Positions 1 through 9,431 of a stretch of DNA of 37,393 nt are shown here, one piece after another. This DNA is from an uncultured Methanobacteriaceae archaeon (GTDB taxonomy: Archaea; Methanobacteriota; Methanobacteria; Methanobacteriales; Methanobacteriaceae): contig CAZUHM010000003.1 in the NCBI GenBank assembly GCA_964620575.1, positions 1-37,393 on the forward strand, read 5' to 3'. Within the stretch, counting starts at the first letter, position 1, and every line of letters starts with the position of its first letter. The notes below the pieces were generated by a model, which saw nothing but the letters and a program-made list of their open reading frames with translations, ran no database searches and had not been told where the DNA came from. A program made the translations under genes and the position numbers.

Positions 1-2
1 GG

Positions 3-401
3 ACTTTAATAGCTATTTTAATTGTTGCAATTATTTTAGTTGTTTATCTGGTTGTTATTCATAATCCGGGCCAAGATTTTACTGAGTTTTATATGTTGGA
101 TGAAAACAATAACACCACCGACATTCCTATTAACGTTTCACAGAATTCTGTCAATAAAATCATTTTGGGAATAACAAATCAGGAACATGAAGATATGAAT
201 TATACTGTCAAAGTTTTGAAGGACAACCAGACAATATCAGTGTTTAATGAAACATTGGAAGATAAGGAGACTGTTGAAGTGCCTTATTACATGGACAGTA
301 CCCATGAACTGGGAATTAATCAAACAGTGAAGTTTGAATTGTATAAGGGTAATGTAAGTAATCCCTACAGGTCATTATTTTTAAGGTATAACGTTGTATG
401 A
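3..401 (+). CDS. DUF1616-family membrane protein, 5'-truncated by the window edge
   Basis: The frame is open from position 3, upstream of the ORF-track ATG at 93. A hydrophobic helix (TLIAILIVAIILVVYLVVI) is followed by GQDFTEFYML, matching the FTEFY(I/L)L signature of DUF1616, then a beta-rich extracellular domain. Confidence 0.75.
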   Translation, partial: TLIAILIVAIILVVYLVVIHNPGQDFTEFYMLDENNNTTDIPINVSQNSVNKIILGITNQEHEDMNYTVKVLKDNQTISVFNETLEDKETVEVPYYMDSTHELGINQTVKFELYKGNVSNPYRSLFLRYNVV

Positions 402-476
402 TTTTCTTGTTGTAGTAGACAAGATTAATATCTTATAATATAATAAATATTAACATTATAAATCGCGAGGAATAAT

Positions 477-1421
477 ATGAAAGGAAAAAAATGCATAGTT
501 ACTGGCGGATGTGGTTTTATCGGTTCACACATAGCAGAGACTTTGCTTAATCAAGGAGCATCAAAGGTTACAATCATAGACAATATGACCACTGGAAAAA
601 TAGAAAATCTTAAAGACTTGGATCATGACAGAATCGAACTGATATGTGGAGACATTACTGATCTGGATTTGACTGCAATATTTGAAAACCACGACTATGT
701 ATTTCATGAAGCAGCACTTGTCAGCGTACCGGAAAGTGTTAAACATCCTACATTAAACAATAAGGTCAACATTGACGGTTCATTCAATGTTTTCAAGGCA
801 GCCTGTGAAAACAATCTTAAGAAAGTTGTATGTGCTTCATCTGCTGCAGTTTATGGTGAAACAGAAGTACTTCCCAATGTTGAAACTCTTCCACTGCAGC
901 CATTAAGTCCTTATGCTGTGTCCAAGGCATGTATGGAACTCTATGCATATACATTTACCCAGACATATGACCTGCCTACGGCATGTTTAAGATGTTTTAA
1001 TGCTTTTGGTCCAAGACAGAGTGTTGACTCCGCATACAGTGGCGTTATTCCTAAATTCATTACCACATTACTTAAAGGAGAACAGCCTATTATCTATGGT
1101 GACGGTACACAGACCAGAGACTTTGTATTTGTAAAGAACATTGCCGAAGCAAATATCAACATTGCCAAAAGTGATGTTACAGGAGTATTCAACATTGCTC
1201 ATGGAAGTACAATTAACATAAACGAATTGCTTGAGAAAATCTGTGACCTTATGGGATATGACTTTAATCCTAAGTATGAAGAAGTTCGTTCAGGAGACAT
1301 TAAGAATTCCGTAGCTGACATCAGCAAAGCTGAAGAATCATTCGGATATGTGAATGAACACGATTTTGACAAAGAATTAAAGGAAACTATTGATTTTTAT
1401 AAAAAGGAATTTGAACAATAA
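477..1421 (+). CDS. NAD-dependent NDP-sugar epimerase/dehydratase (GalE/WbpP-like UDP-Glc(NAc) 4-epimerase)
   Basis: Rossmann motif TGGCGFIG, SSAAVYG, catalytic YAVSK, GDGTQTRDF; RBS GAGG upstream. Confidence 0.9.
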   Translation: MKGKKCIVTGGCGFIGSHIAETLLNQGASKVTIIDNMTTGKIENLKDLDHDRIELICGDITDLDLTAIFENHDYVFHEAALVSVPESVKHPTLNNKVNIDGSFNVFKAACENNLKKVVCASSAAVYGETEVLPNVETLPLQPLSPYAVSKACMELYAYTFTQTYDLPTACLRCFNAFGPRQSVDSAYSGVIPKFITTLLKGEQPIIYGDGTQTRDFVFVKNIAEANINIAKSDVTGVFNIAHGSTININELLEKICDLMGYDFNPKYEEVRSGDIKNSVADISKAEESFGYVNEHDFDKELKETIDFYKKEFEQ

Positions 1422-1466
1422 ATTCTTCAAAAAAACTTTTTTTTACACATTTTACAGGGTATTACT

Positions 1467-2765
1467 ATGTTTTCAATTATTAAAAAGCTGTTAAATAGGG
1501 CAGAGTATAAGAAAATTATTGAAAATATAGTATCACTGACAGGATTACAGTTTGCCAGTTACATTTTACCTTTGATTACACTTCCTTATCTTACCTATGT
1601 TTTAGGTCCTGACAAGTTTGGTTTGACACAGTATGCAATTTCATTGATTACATATTTTCAGATGTTCACTGATTATGGCTTTAACCTGTCTGCCACACGT
1701 GAATTGGCCATTGTAAGAGAAGACAAGAAGAAAGTGTCTGAAATATTCAGCACTGTAATGTTCATCAAGCTAATGTTGACTGTCGTAAGCTTTGTTGCAT
1801 TGCTGGCAATCGTTACGTTCATCCCTAAGTTCAGTAATGATGCTGATGTTTATCTTTTGACTTTTGGAATAGTTGTTGGTTATGTTCTCTTTCCGACATG
1901 GCTTTTCCAGGGTATGGAGTACATGAAGTATACCAGTATCCTCAACATCATCGGAAAGGTCATATTCACCGTATTCATATTTGTATTCATACATCAAAGC
2001 TCAGATTACCTGTTAGTACCTATAATCAATTCATTCGGATACATTGTTGTCGGTGTTCTCGGTATTTACATATCCCTCACAAGGTTTGATATTGACCTGT
2101 CATTACCTTCTGTTGAAAACATAAAATATCATCTGAGGGAAGGATGGCATGTATTCCTATCTACAATTGCAATTAACATGTACACTACGACAAACACCTT
2201 CCTGTTAGGACTGTTAACCAACAACACCTTGGTCGGTTATTACAGTATTGCAGAGAAGATTATCACTGCAGCAAACGGATTGTTCAATCCTATCTCACAG
2301 GCAATTTATCCATTCATCAGCAGAAGTGTGAATAATGAGGATAAAAACAGTAACGTGTTAAGGATAAGAAAGTTAACCAAGTTGGCTGCTGTTTTAGGTG
2401 CAGTGTTTTCATTGGGAATATTCGTCTTTGCCGATTTGATAATTTCAATACTCTTCGGTCCACAGTATTCCAGTTCAATACTGGTACTTAGAATATTGTC
2501 AATCATACCGTTCATGGTTTCATTAAGTAACATTTTCGGTATACAGACAATGTTGACATTCAATTACAAGAGGGCTTTTTCAAGGGTTGTTCTGATGGGT
2601 GGAATACTGGATATTATTCTTGGAATAATACTTATCACATTGTTTAATGAGGTTGGTATAGCTATTTCATTTGCTGTTACCGAGACTTTCATCACGGTAG
2701 CCATGCTCCTGTTTTTACAGAGTAAGGACATTAAAATTGTTGGAGAACTGCCAAGTGGTGAATAA
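1467..2765 (+). CDS. Wzx/RfbX-type oligosaccharide flippase
   Basis: Multi-pass hydrophobic protein with LPLITLPYL, FTDYGFNLSATRE, WLFQGME and VGYYSIAEK motifs typical of the PST/Wzx family. Confidence 0.9.
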   Translation: MFSIIKKLLNRAEYKKIIENIVSLTGLQFASYILPLITLPYLTYVLGPDKFGLTQYAISLITYFQMFTDYGFNLSATRELAIVREDKKKVSEIFSTVMFIKLMLTVVSFVALLAIVTFIPKFSNDADVYLLTFGIVVGYVLFPTWLFQGMEYMKYTSILNIIGKVIFTVFIFVFIHQSSDYLLVPIINSFGYIVVGVLGIYISLTRFDIDLSLPSVENIKYHLREGWHVFLSTIAINMYTTTNTFLLGLLTNNTLVGYYSIAEKIITAANGLFNPISQAIYPFISRSVNNEDKNSNVLRIRKLTKLAAVLGAVFSLGIFVFADLIISILFGPQYSSSILVLRILSIIPFMVSLSNIFGIQTMLTFNYKRAFSRVVLMGGILDIILGIILITLFNEVGIAISFAVTETFITVAMLLFLQSKDIKIVGELPSGE

Positions 2766-2784
2766 TATGAGGGAGGAAAATTAA

Positions 2785-3945
2785 TTGCCGTTTGACTATA
2801 TAATTGTTGGAGCAGGAATTGCGGGAATAACTGCTGCAGAGGAATTGGCAAACGTGATGGACAAGAAGGTTTTGCTGATTGATAAAGAGGATCATGTCGG
2901 CGGAATCTGTTATGATTTTAAGGATGAAACGGGTCAGTTAGTCCATAAGCATGGTCTTCACGTTTTCCATAGCAACAATTCCTTTGTCTTCAATTATCTT
3001 TCACTCTTTACCACCTGGCGAAAGTTTAATCTCAAGCTTCTTTACAGGGATTATGGGACGTTGATTCCTGTTCCGTTCAATTTTATAAGTATTGACAAGT
3101 GTTTGCCCTCTGTTTCCGAGGAAATTAAAACTTCACTTCTTGACAATTATGAAATTAATTCCCGAATTCCCATTAGAGAACTGAAGGATTCTGGTGACAA
3201 GTACCTTAACATGTTGGGTGAATATGCCTATGACAGGTTTTGTGAATATTTCAAGAAGCTGTATGATATAACAGACAGTGAGATTGAAGGCTTTGAAGAC
3301 AGGATGTTTCCCTTCAGAATGTCCTATGACTGCAGGTATTATACCTCCATTTACCAGGGAGTGCCTACGTACGGTTATACTGAGATGTTTAAGAACATGT
3401 TAAGCAACCATAACATTACAGTCATGTTAAACAAGGATTACAATGAAGTATTAAGCATTGACTATGAGAATTACATGGTTTATTATGAAGGTGAAGAGTT
3501 TAAGGGACATTTAATCTTTACTGGGATGATTGATGAATTCTTTGACTACAGGTATGGTGAACTGGAGTATAACTGCATATTGTATGATAATGAAGTTGTT
3601 GACAAGAGCAAGTTTCAGGATAACTGTGTTGTCATCTATTCGGAGGATTATCATTTTACAAGAATAAATGATTACAGTTATTTGTCTGATGATTATTCTG
3701 ATGCGACTGTTGCACAGTTTGAATATCCTGTCAGTTATGATCGCTTTGATAAACAGCAAAATGTTCCATATTATCCTGTTGATTTAGAGGAAAATGTTAA
3801 AGTTTATGAAAAATATAAGAAACTATCAGAAGATTATGATAACATTACATTTATTGGCAGATTAGCCGAATATAAATTATATGAAATGGATGAAGTGGTT
3901 GAACAGGTTTTGAAATTAATCAGCGAAAAGTTCGTTGATAATTAA
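2785..3945 (+). CDS. glf: UDP-galactopyranose mutase-like flavoprotein (divergent)
   Basis: FAD motif GAGIAG, HGLHVFH, PVPFN, YQGVP, YTEMF, FTGMIDEFF, PYYP and GRLAEYK; TTG start after GGAGG. Confidence 0.85.
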   Translation: MPFDYIIVGAGIAGITAAEELANVMDKKVLLIDKEDHVGGICYDFKDETGQLVHKHGLHVFHSNNSFVFNYLSLFTTWRKFNLKLLYRDYGTLIPVPFNFISIDKCLPSVSEEIKTSLLDNYEINSRIPIRELKDSGDKYLNMLGEYAYDRFCEYFKKLYDITDSEIEGFEDRMFPFRMSYDCRYYTSIYQGVPTYGYTEMFKNMLSNHNITVMLNKDYNEVLSIDYENYMVYYEGEEFKGHLIFTGMIDEFFDYRYGELEYNCILYDNEVVDKSKFQDNCVVIYSEDYHFTRINDYSYLSDDYSDATVAQFEYPVSYDRFDKQQNVPYYPVDLEENVKVYEKYKKLSEDYDNITFIGRLAEYKLYEMDEVVEQVLKLISEKFVDN

Positions 3946-3967
3946 ACTAGTATTATGGTGAAGTATT

Positions 3968-5413
3968 ATGAGTACTGTTAGGACGTTGGTGAAGAATACA
4001 AGTGTTTTGTTCATATCCCAATTAGTCAGTTATGTTCTTGCATTCTTTTACACATTGTATTCTGCAAGATATCTTGGAACAACCAATTTTGGTATCATAT
4101 CATTTGCAGCAGCAATTTCCGGATTGTTTTCCATTGCTACTGATCTGGGTTTGTCCACGCTAACTATTCGTGAAATTGCAAGAGATAAAAGTAGAACATA
4201 CAAGTATTATGGAAATCATGGAAGTATCAAGTTAATCCTGTCCCTTCTTACAATGAGCGCTCTTGTGTTGTTTGTTAATATCGGTAGTTTTGATGCCATT
4301 ACAAGGTATGTTGTTTATCTTATCGGTTCATCCGTTATTATCAACGCTTTTAATGGTGTGTTCTCATCAATGTTCAGGGCTTATGAACAGATGGAATACC
4401 AGTCAATATCTGAGATTATTAACGCTGTCGTTCTCTTTGTAGGTATTCTTGTTTGCGTATTTACAAAGCAGTCAGTTATAATGGTGTCCCTGGTTTATGT
4501 TATTGCATCCCTCTGTATGTTAACCTTCAGTTTCATCGTATGTACCAGAAACTATGGACTGATACATTTCCAGGCTGACCTTTCCTTCTGGAAATACCTG
4601 ATAATGAATGCATATCCTCTGGCTATAACCAGTATTTTCGCTCTTATTTCATTCAGAATGAATACTATACTCCTGAACATGTTAACAAGTAACGCTGTTG
4701 TAGGTGAGTATACGGCAGCATTTAATCTTATGCAGGCACTGATATTCATTCCTACAGTGTTTTCAACCGCCATTCTTCCAATATTTGCGAAGTTTTATGT
4801 TGACAGTACTGACATGCTGGCCTATTCCTATAAAAAGTCTTTGAAATATCTTACAATCATCAGTTTACCAATATCCATGGGAACTCTTGTACTGGCAAAC
4901 AAGATTATCCTGTTTATGTATGGTCCATCCTACATCAACACGGTACCTATTCTGGAGCTGATTATCTGGGCTTTACCTGCAATATTCCTCAGTTATATAC
5001 TTGGAACGAGCATAGCATCCATCAATAAACAGCATGAGACGATTAAGGCAACATTTTTCTGTCTGCTGTTTAGTACAATCGGAAACTACATACTCATTAA
5101 CCTATTTAGCGGTATTGGAGCAGCCATGATTACTGTTCTTAATGAGGTAAGTATGGTTGTTTTCTACATGTATATCATGCACAAGTACGGTTATTCCGTG
5201 CCGTTGAAGGAGATTATTCCAAAACCTCTCTTTGCCAGCATAATCATGGGGATAGTTGTCTACTTCCTGAACTTTGAACTGTTTACCAGTGTGCTGGTGG
5301 GAATGATTGTGTACTTTATATGCATATTTGCTATAAAGACCTTTGACGAAGATGATTTGAATATACTGAAACAGTTGTTGCCTGATAAAATTAGTAAGAA
5401 GATTAAATTGTGA
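3968..5413 (+). CDS. Second polysaccharide flippase (archaeal Wzx/MATE-like)
   Basis: 481 aa with many TM segments; ARYLG..NFG, DLGLSTLTIREIAR and VGEYTAA motifs; RBS GGTGA. Confidence 0.88.
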   Translation: MSTVRTLVKNTSVLFISQLVSYVLAFFYTLYSARYLGTTNFGIISFAAAISGLFSIATDLGLSTLTIREIARDKSRTYKYYGNHGSIKLILSLLTMSALVLFVNIGSFDAITRYVVYLIGSSVIINAFNGVFSSMFRAYEQMEYQSISEIINAVVLFVGILVCVFTKQSVIMVSLVYVIASLCMLTFSFIVCTRNYGLIHFQADLSFWKYLIMNAYPLAITSIFALISFRMNTILLNMLTSNAVVGEYTAAFNLMQALIFIPTVFSTAILPIFAKFYVDSTDMLAYSYKKSLKYLTIISLPISMGTLVLANKIILFMYGPSYINTVPILELIIWALPAIFLSYILGTSIASINKQHETIKATFFCLLFSTIGNYILINLFSGIGAAMITVLNEVSMVVFYMYIMHKYGYSVPLKEIIPKPLFASIIMGIVVYFLNFELFTSVLVGMIVYFICIFAIKTFDEDDLNILKQLLPDKISKKIKL

Positions 5414-6123
5414 TTGAAATGATGAGCATTATTTGCGTTTATAATAATGAGGATATTCTTAATGAGTATCTGATTAAAAGTTTGGAAAAACAGACAATAG
5501 ATTATGAGCTGATTTTAGTTGATAATCGTGAAGGCAAGTTCAGCAGTGCAGCCAGTGCCTTGAATTATGGTGCCAGGGATGCTACTGGAGATTATTTTGT
5601 CTTTGCTCATCAGGACATCAACTTTTCTGATGAAGGATGGATTGAGGACACTCTTGACAAATTAAGCGGTCTTGAAAATGCAGGTATTGTCGGTGTTGCA
5701 GGTAAGACTGTTGACAGTATTGTGAGGGGCAATATCAAGCATGGATTGGATCCTGTTGATTTGTCATCATTCAAGATTGACAAGGCCGAGAAGGCTCTTA
5801 CTTTGGATGAATGTCTCTTCATTATTCCACGTGACGTGTTTAAACAGTATCCATTGAATGAGAAGACATGTGATGACTGGCATTTGTATGCTGTTGATTA
5901 TGTTTATAACATTAAGAATCATGGCTTTGAAGCATATATTATTCCGACCGTCCTTGAACATAGGTCAAAGGGTGCATCCATGAGCGAATCATATTATACT
6001 ACGTTGCCACGTCTTCAAAAAAAGTATATGAAAAGAGGGTTAATACGTACTTGTATGGGTGATTGGTTTACGTTTGTACCTATTTCCATACAAAAACTTG
6101 TTAAAAGATTTAAGAACTATTGA
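5410..6123 (+). CDS. GT2-like glycosyltransferase
   Basis: SIICVYNN, SAASALNYGA, FVFAHQD, TLDECLF and WHLYAVD. The true start may be ATG 5419 or 5422; the GTG start overlaps the flippase stop. Confidence 0.85.
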   Translation: MIEMMSIICVYNNEDILNEYLIKSLEKQTIDYELILVDNREGKFSSAASALNYGARDATGDYFVFAHQDINFSDEGWIEDTLDKLSGLENAGIVGVAGKTVDSIVRGNIKHGLDPVDLSSFKIDKAEKALTLDECLFIIPRDVFKQYPLNEKTCDDWHLYAVDYVYNIKNHGFEAYIIPTVLEHRSKGASMSESYYTTLPRLQKKYMKRGLIRTCMGDWFTFVPISIQKLVKRFKNY

Positions 6124-6865
6124 TATCCAATATTTCTATAAGGAAAGAGCAGCAGTCATCATATTTTGATATGCATTCCACTTCTTCTACAGAAACTGTT
6201 TTTTCATAATATTCTTCAAAAATCCCTTTTAATATTCCTTTGGTGATATTACACATTGGCATATTATACTGTAAACCTCTGCATTCATGACAGTTATTAT
6301 TTTTTAAGATTAATGGTTTTTCACTACTTACCTTCAATATTCCTAAATTCAAATCTTTGAATTTGTCAGATATTGAATCTATGAATTCCTCATAGGAATT
6401 ATGTTTTAAAGATTTGTAAATAGATTTACCAATATTTTTACCTGTTTCTACTTCTAATGGCTCTAACTGAAGTCCATGAACTAATAGAATTGATTTATAT
6501 TGTCTGAAGAGTTCCAGGTATAACTGTTCCTGATTCTCCATTTCTGATTCTATGCCAGGGGTTTTATATATAATTTTTTCCGGATATATCTCTCCAATAT
6601 AATCTGCTAAAATATAAAAAAGTTTACTCCTTCTGTCCAATGGGTGAGATTTGAAACTAATTATTCCTTCATCAATAAGATTTTTTAGATGTACTGATAT
6701 TGTTGATTTGGATTTTCCTGTTTTGTTTACAATATCAGCTTCACTAACTTGACCCTCCAACATGTTTAGAATTTGTATTTTGATAGGACTGTCCACAATC
6801 TTAATACCCCTACTAGTAGAAAATATCTTTATTTTAGTGTTATTAAAATTGTTTATAGGCATCAT
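6110..6865 (-). CDS. ArsR-HTH plus V4R domain transcriptional regulator (MsvR-like)
   Basis: N-terminal winged HTH (KSKSTISVHLKNL, DRRSKLF) and C-terminal V4R domain with CHEC, MC..TKG.L.G and EVEC....DDCCSF. Confidence 0.85.
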   Translation of the reverse strand: MMPINNFNNTKIKIFSTSRGIKIVDSPIKIQILNMLEGQVSEADIVNKTGKSKSTISVHLKNLIDEGIISFKSHPLDRRSKLFYILADYIGEIYPEKIIYKTPGIESEMENQEQLYLELFRQYKSILLVHGLQLEPLEVETGKNIGKSIYKSLKHNSYEEFIDSISDKFKDLNLGILKVSSEKPLILKNNNCHECRGLQYNMPMCNITKGILKGIFEEYYEKTVSVEEVECISKYDDCCSFLIEILDINSS

Positions 6866-6920
6866 AATACATTTTATGTTTAAATTGAAATATAAATGTT
6901 TTTCTATAAATAAGTTTATG

Positions 6921-6952
6921 AAAGTAGAATATTTCTAAAAAAGTAGAATATT
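6921..6952. repeat. 13-bp direct repeat AAAGTAGAATATT x2, candidate operator in the divergent regulator/licD intergenic region
   Basis: Exact copies at 6921-6933 and 6940-6952. Confidence 0.45.
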
Positions 6953-6997
6953 AATAAATGATTTTTTAAAAGAAAAACAGTTAGCAAACTTATAACA

Positions 6998-7013
6998 ATA
7001 AAAGCTTTTATAC
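6998..7013 (+). promoter_or_regulatory. Palindrome ATAAAAGCTTTTAT overlapping a BRE/TATA-like element upstream of licD
   Basis: Perfect 14-bp palindrome at 6998-7011; a related TAAAGCTTTA lies at 7067-7076. Confidence 0.35.
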
Positions 7014-7104
7014 TATGAATAAAGTTCGTTGACTTGGACACTTTCAAAAATATATATTTCTTATGATAAAGCTTTAATATAGAATTTCATGAGGTTGAAG
7101 AAAG

Positions 7105-8121
7105 ATGGTCTTCCTATTATCCAGACTTTATGCTATGTTACCAGACAGAATAAAAAATCATGCAAAAGTCATAGAACTTGTACAACGATTTAACAACAAT
7201 AATAAATTTAGAGAGTTAGAAAGTCATTATCAGATGCTGGATCTTATATTTAGCAGCTGTGACATTAAGGCAAATGGTGTTATGAGACAAATACAGCTGT
7301 TTTCACTTGAACTGCTGCGTCTGGTTGATAATGTTTGCAGAAAACATGATATTGAATACTGGATTGATTATGGTACATTGCTGGGTGCTGTAAGACATGA
7401 CGGATTTGTGCCATGGGATGACGATATTGACATTTCAATGATCAGGCAGGACTATGACAGATTTGTGGAAGTATTTCCCAAGGAGATTGAGAAGCTTGAT
7501 TCAATCAGGGACAATATGATTATTTCAAAAATGACAAGACCTCATGAAAATTTTCCCGAAAACTGTACAGAATTAGACATTCTTAATGAAGGTACTTTCC
7601 TGTTGTTCTTCCAGTGCGGATATAAGAAGCCTTATGTTCATATTGATGTATTTCCTAAGGAATTCATCAGGGATGAAGGATTGACAGATGAAAGAAACGA
7701 GTTACAGACCAAGTTACAGGTGGAATTAAGAAACAACATTGAAAATGGAACATGGACTTTTGAAGAAGGACTGGAAATACAAAGACAAAAGATGTGCTTT
7801 ACCAACGAGAAAACTGCACAAATTTCCGATGCAATTGATGGTCTTCATAACAATATCCATAACAGAATTTATGATACAGACCTTGTTTTTCCTTTAAGCA
7901 AGATAAACTTTGAGGATTATGAGTTTTATTGTCCATGCAATATTGAAGATTACCTTCCGTTAATTTACGGTCCAGAATACATGCATATTCCACACATTGC
8001 ATTGGACCACAATACTGTTGATTTTGTTAAAAGTCAGTATAATTTTAATAAGAAGGACATTGACAAGGCATTTGAAGAAGCAACTGCACTGCTTAAGGAA
8101 ATTAACGATAACTTCAAATAA
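7105..8121 (+). CDS. licD: LicD-family phosphotransferase (CDP-choline, CDP-glycerol or CDP-ribitol donor type)
   Basis: Signature YGTLLGAVRHDGFVPWDDDIDI, HIDVFP and C-terminal FEDYEFYCP...YL..IYG.EYM; RBS GAGGT. Confidence 0.88.
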   Translation: MVFLLSRLYAMLPDRIKNHAKVIELVQRFNNNNKFRELESHYQMLDLIFSSCDIKANGVMRQIQLFSLELLRLVDNVCRKHDIEYWIDYGTLLGAVRHDGFVPWDDDIDISMIRQDYDRFVEVFPKEIEKLDSIRDNMIISKMTRPHENFPENCTELDILNEGTFLLFFQCGYKKPYVHIDVFPKEFIRDEGLTDERNELQTKLQVELRNNIENGTWTFEEGLEIQRQKMCFTNEKTAQISDAIDGLHNNIHNRIYDTDLVFPLSKINFEDYEFYCPCNIEDYLPLIYGPEYMHIPHIALDHNTVDFVKSQYNFNKKDIDKAFEEATALLKEINDNFK

Positions 8122-8381
8122 TTCTTCACACCTTTTATCATATTCCCTTTTTTTAATGATTTTAAGTTTTTTTTTATTCGTAACAAGTTATTTAACTGGT
8201 TCATTATGATGTTTTTTATCAACAAGTGTTTTATCTTCATCATATCCTCAATAATTCACTTAAAATAATATTAAAAAAAGTTCAGTTAAACCTAACTATT
8301 TAAAATTTAAATAAAACAAATTAGAAATATAATTATTAATAAATGTGTTATAATTTAATCTAATAGAAAGGAGATTTTATT

Positions 8382-9383
8382 GTGGATATAGAAAGTGCTT
8401 ATGAAGGACAGACCATCTTAATTACTGGTGGAGCAGGTTGTGTGGGGAGTAATCTTACAAAAAAATTAGCAGAATACAATCCTGAAAAAATTATAATACT
8501 TGATGATTTATCATCAGCATATGAATGGAACATTCCTAAATCAGAGTGTGTAGAATTCATACAGGGAGACATATGTGATGATCAGGTATTGAAATGGATT
8601 TTCAAAGGAAAACCAGATTATGTTTTCCATCTGGCAGCACATTTTGCTAATCAAAACTCAGTAGACAAACCTGAGAAAGATTTGAAAGTAAACGGATTGG
8701 GAATTTTAAAAGTTCTGGAATTTGCCCAGTTGGCAGGAGTAAAAAGATTCGTATATTCAAGCAGTGGTTGTGGAGTATACGGTTTAGACTCTAAAATGCC
8801 TTTTGAAGAACATGATATTAGTATAAGCTTACATACACCATACCAGGTAACTAAATTATTAGGTGAATTATACACCAACTACTTCCATAACTTATACGAT
8901 TTGCCGATAGTTAATGCAAGATTCTTCAATGTATTCGGACCGGGAGAAGTACCTGGAAAATACAGAAACGTTATTCCAAACTTCATGTATTGGGCTATGA
9001 ACGGACAGGCATTGCCAATTACAGGTGATGGAACGGAAACACGTGACTGGACATATGTTGATGACATTGTGCAAGGTTTAACAAGAATGGGTGTTGTTGA
9101 AGAAGCAATAGGTGAATCCATAAACCTCGGTTCCGGAAAAGACCATAGAGTAATTGACATGGCAAACAAAGTCAATGAACTATGTGGTAACGAAGCAGGA
9201 ATCAAGTATAAAGAAAGAAGGGACTGGGATGCTAAAAATAAATTATTATCCTCCATTGACAAAGCAAAAAGAATATTAAAATATGAACCTAAACAGGGAT
9301 TTGATGAAGGTCTTGAAAATACCCATAACTGGTTTGTTAACAATTGGGAAGACATACAAAAAAGTGCAGAATTTAAATTTTAA
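8382..9383 (+). CDS. NAD-dependent NDP-sugar epimerase/dehydratase
   Basis: TGGAGCVG, HLAAHFANQNS, catalytic YQVTK, RFFNVFGP and GDGTETRDW; GTG start after AGGAG. Confidence 0.9.
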   Translation: MDIESAYEGQTILITGGAGCVGSNLTKKLAEYNPEKIIILDDLSSAYEWNIPKSECVEFIQGDICDDQVLKWIFKGKPDYVFHLAAHFANQNSVDKPEKDLKVNGLGILKVLEFAQLAGVKRFVYSSSGCGVYGLDSKMPFEEHDISISLHTPYQVTKLLGELYTNYFHNLYDLPIVNARFFNVFGPGEVPGKYRNVIPNFMYWAMNGQALPITGDGTETRDWTYVDDIVQGLTRMGVVEEAIGESINLGSGKDHRVIDMANKVNELCGNEAGIKYKERRDWDAKNKLLSSIDKAKRILKYEPKQGFDEGLENTHNWFVNNWEDIQKSAEFKF

Positions 9384-9431
9384 ACAATAACAGAACAAAT
9401 AATGTGAACATAATTCTAAATGGTGATTGAA

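Noticed and set aside
405-424. Inverted repeat TCTTGT-N8-ACAAGA after the DUF1616 stop
   Set aside because: A 6-bp stem in AT-rich DNA is too weak to distinguish from chance.
8034-8243. 69-aa minus-strand ORF overlapping the licD end
   Set aside because: Lys/Ile/Asn-rich translation of an AT-rich terminator region; no supporting RBS.
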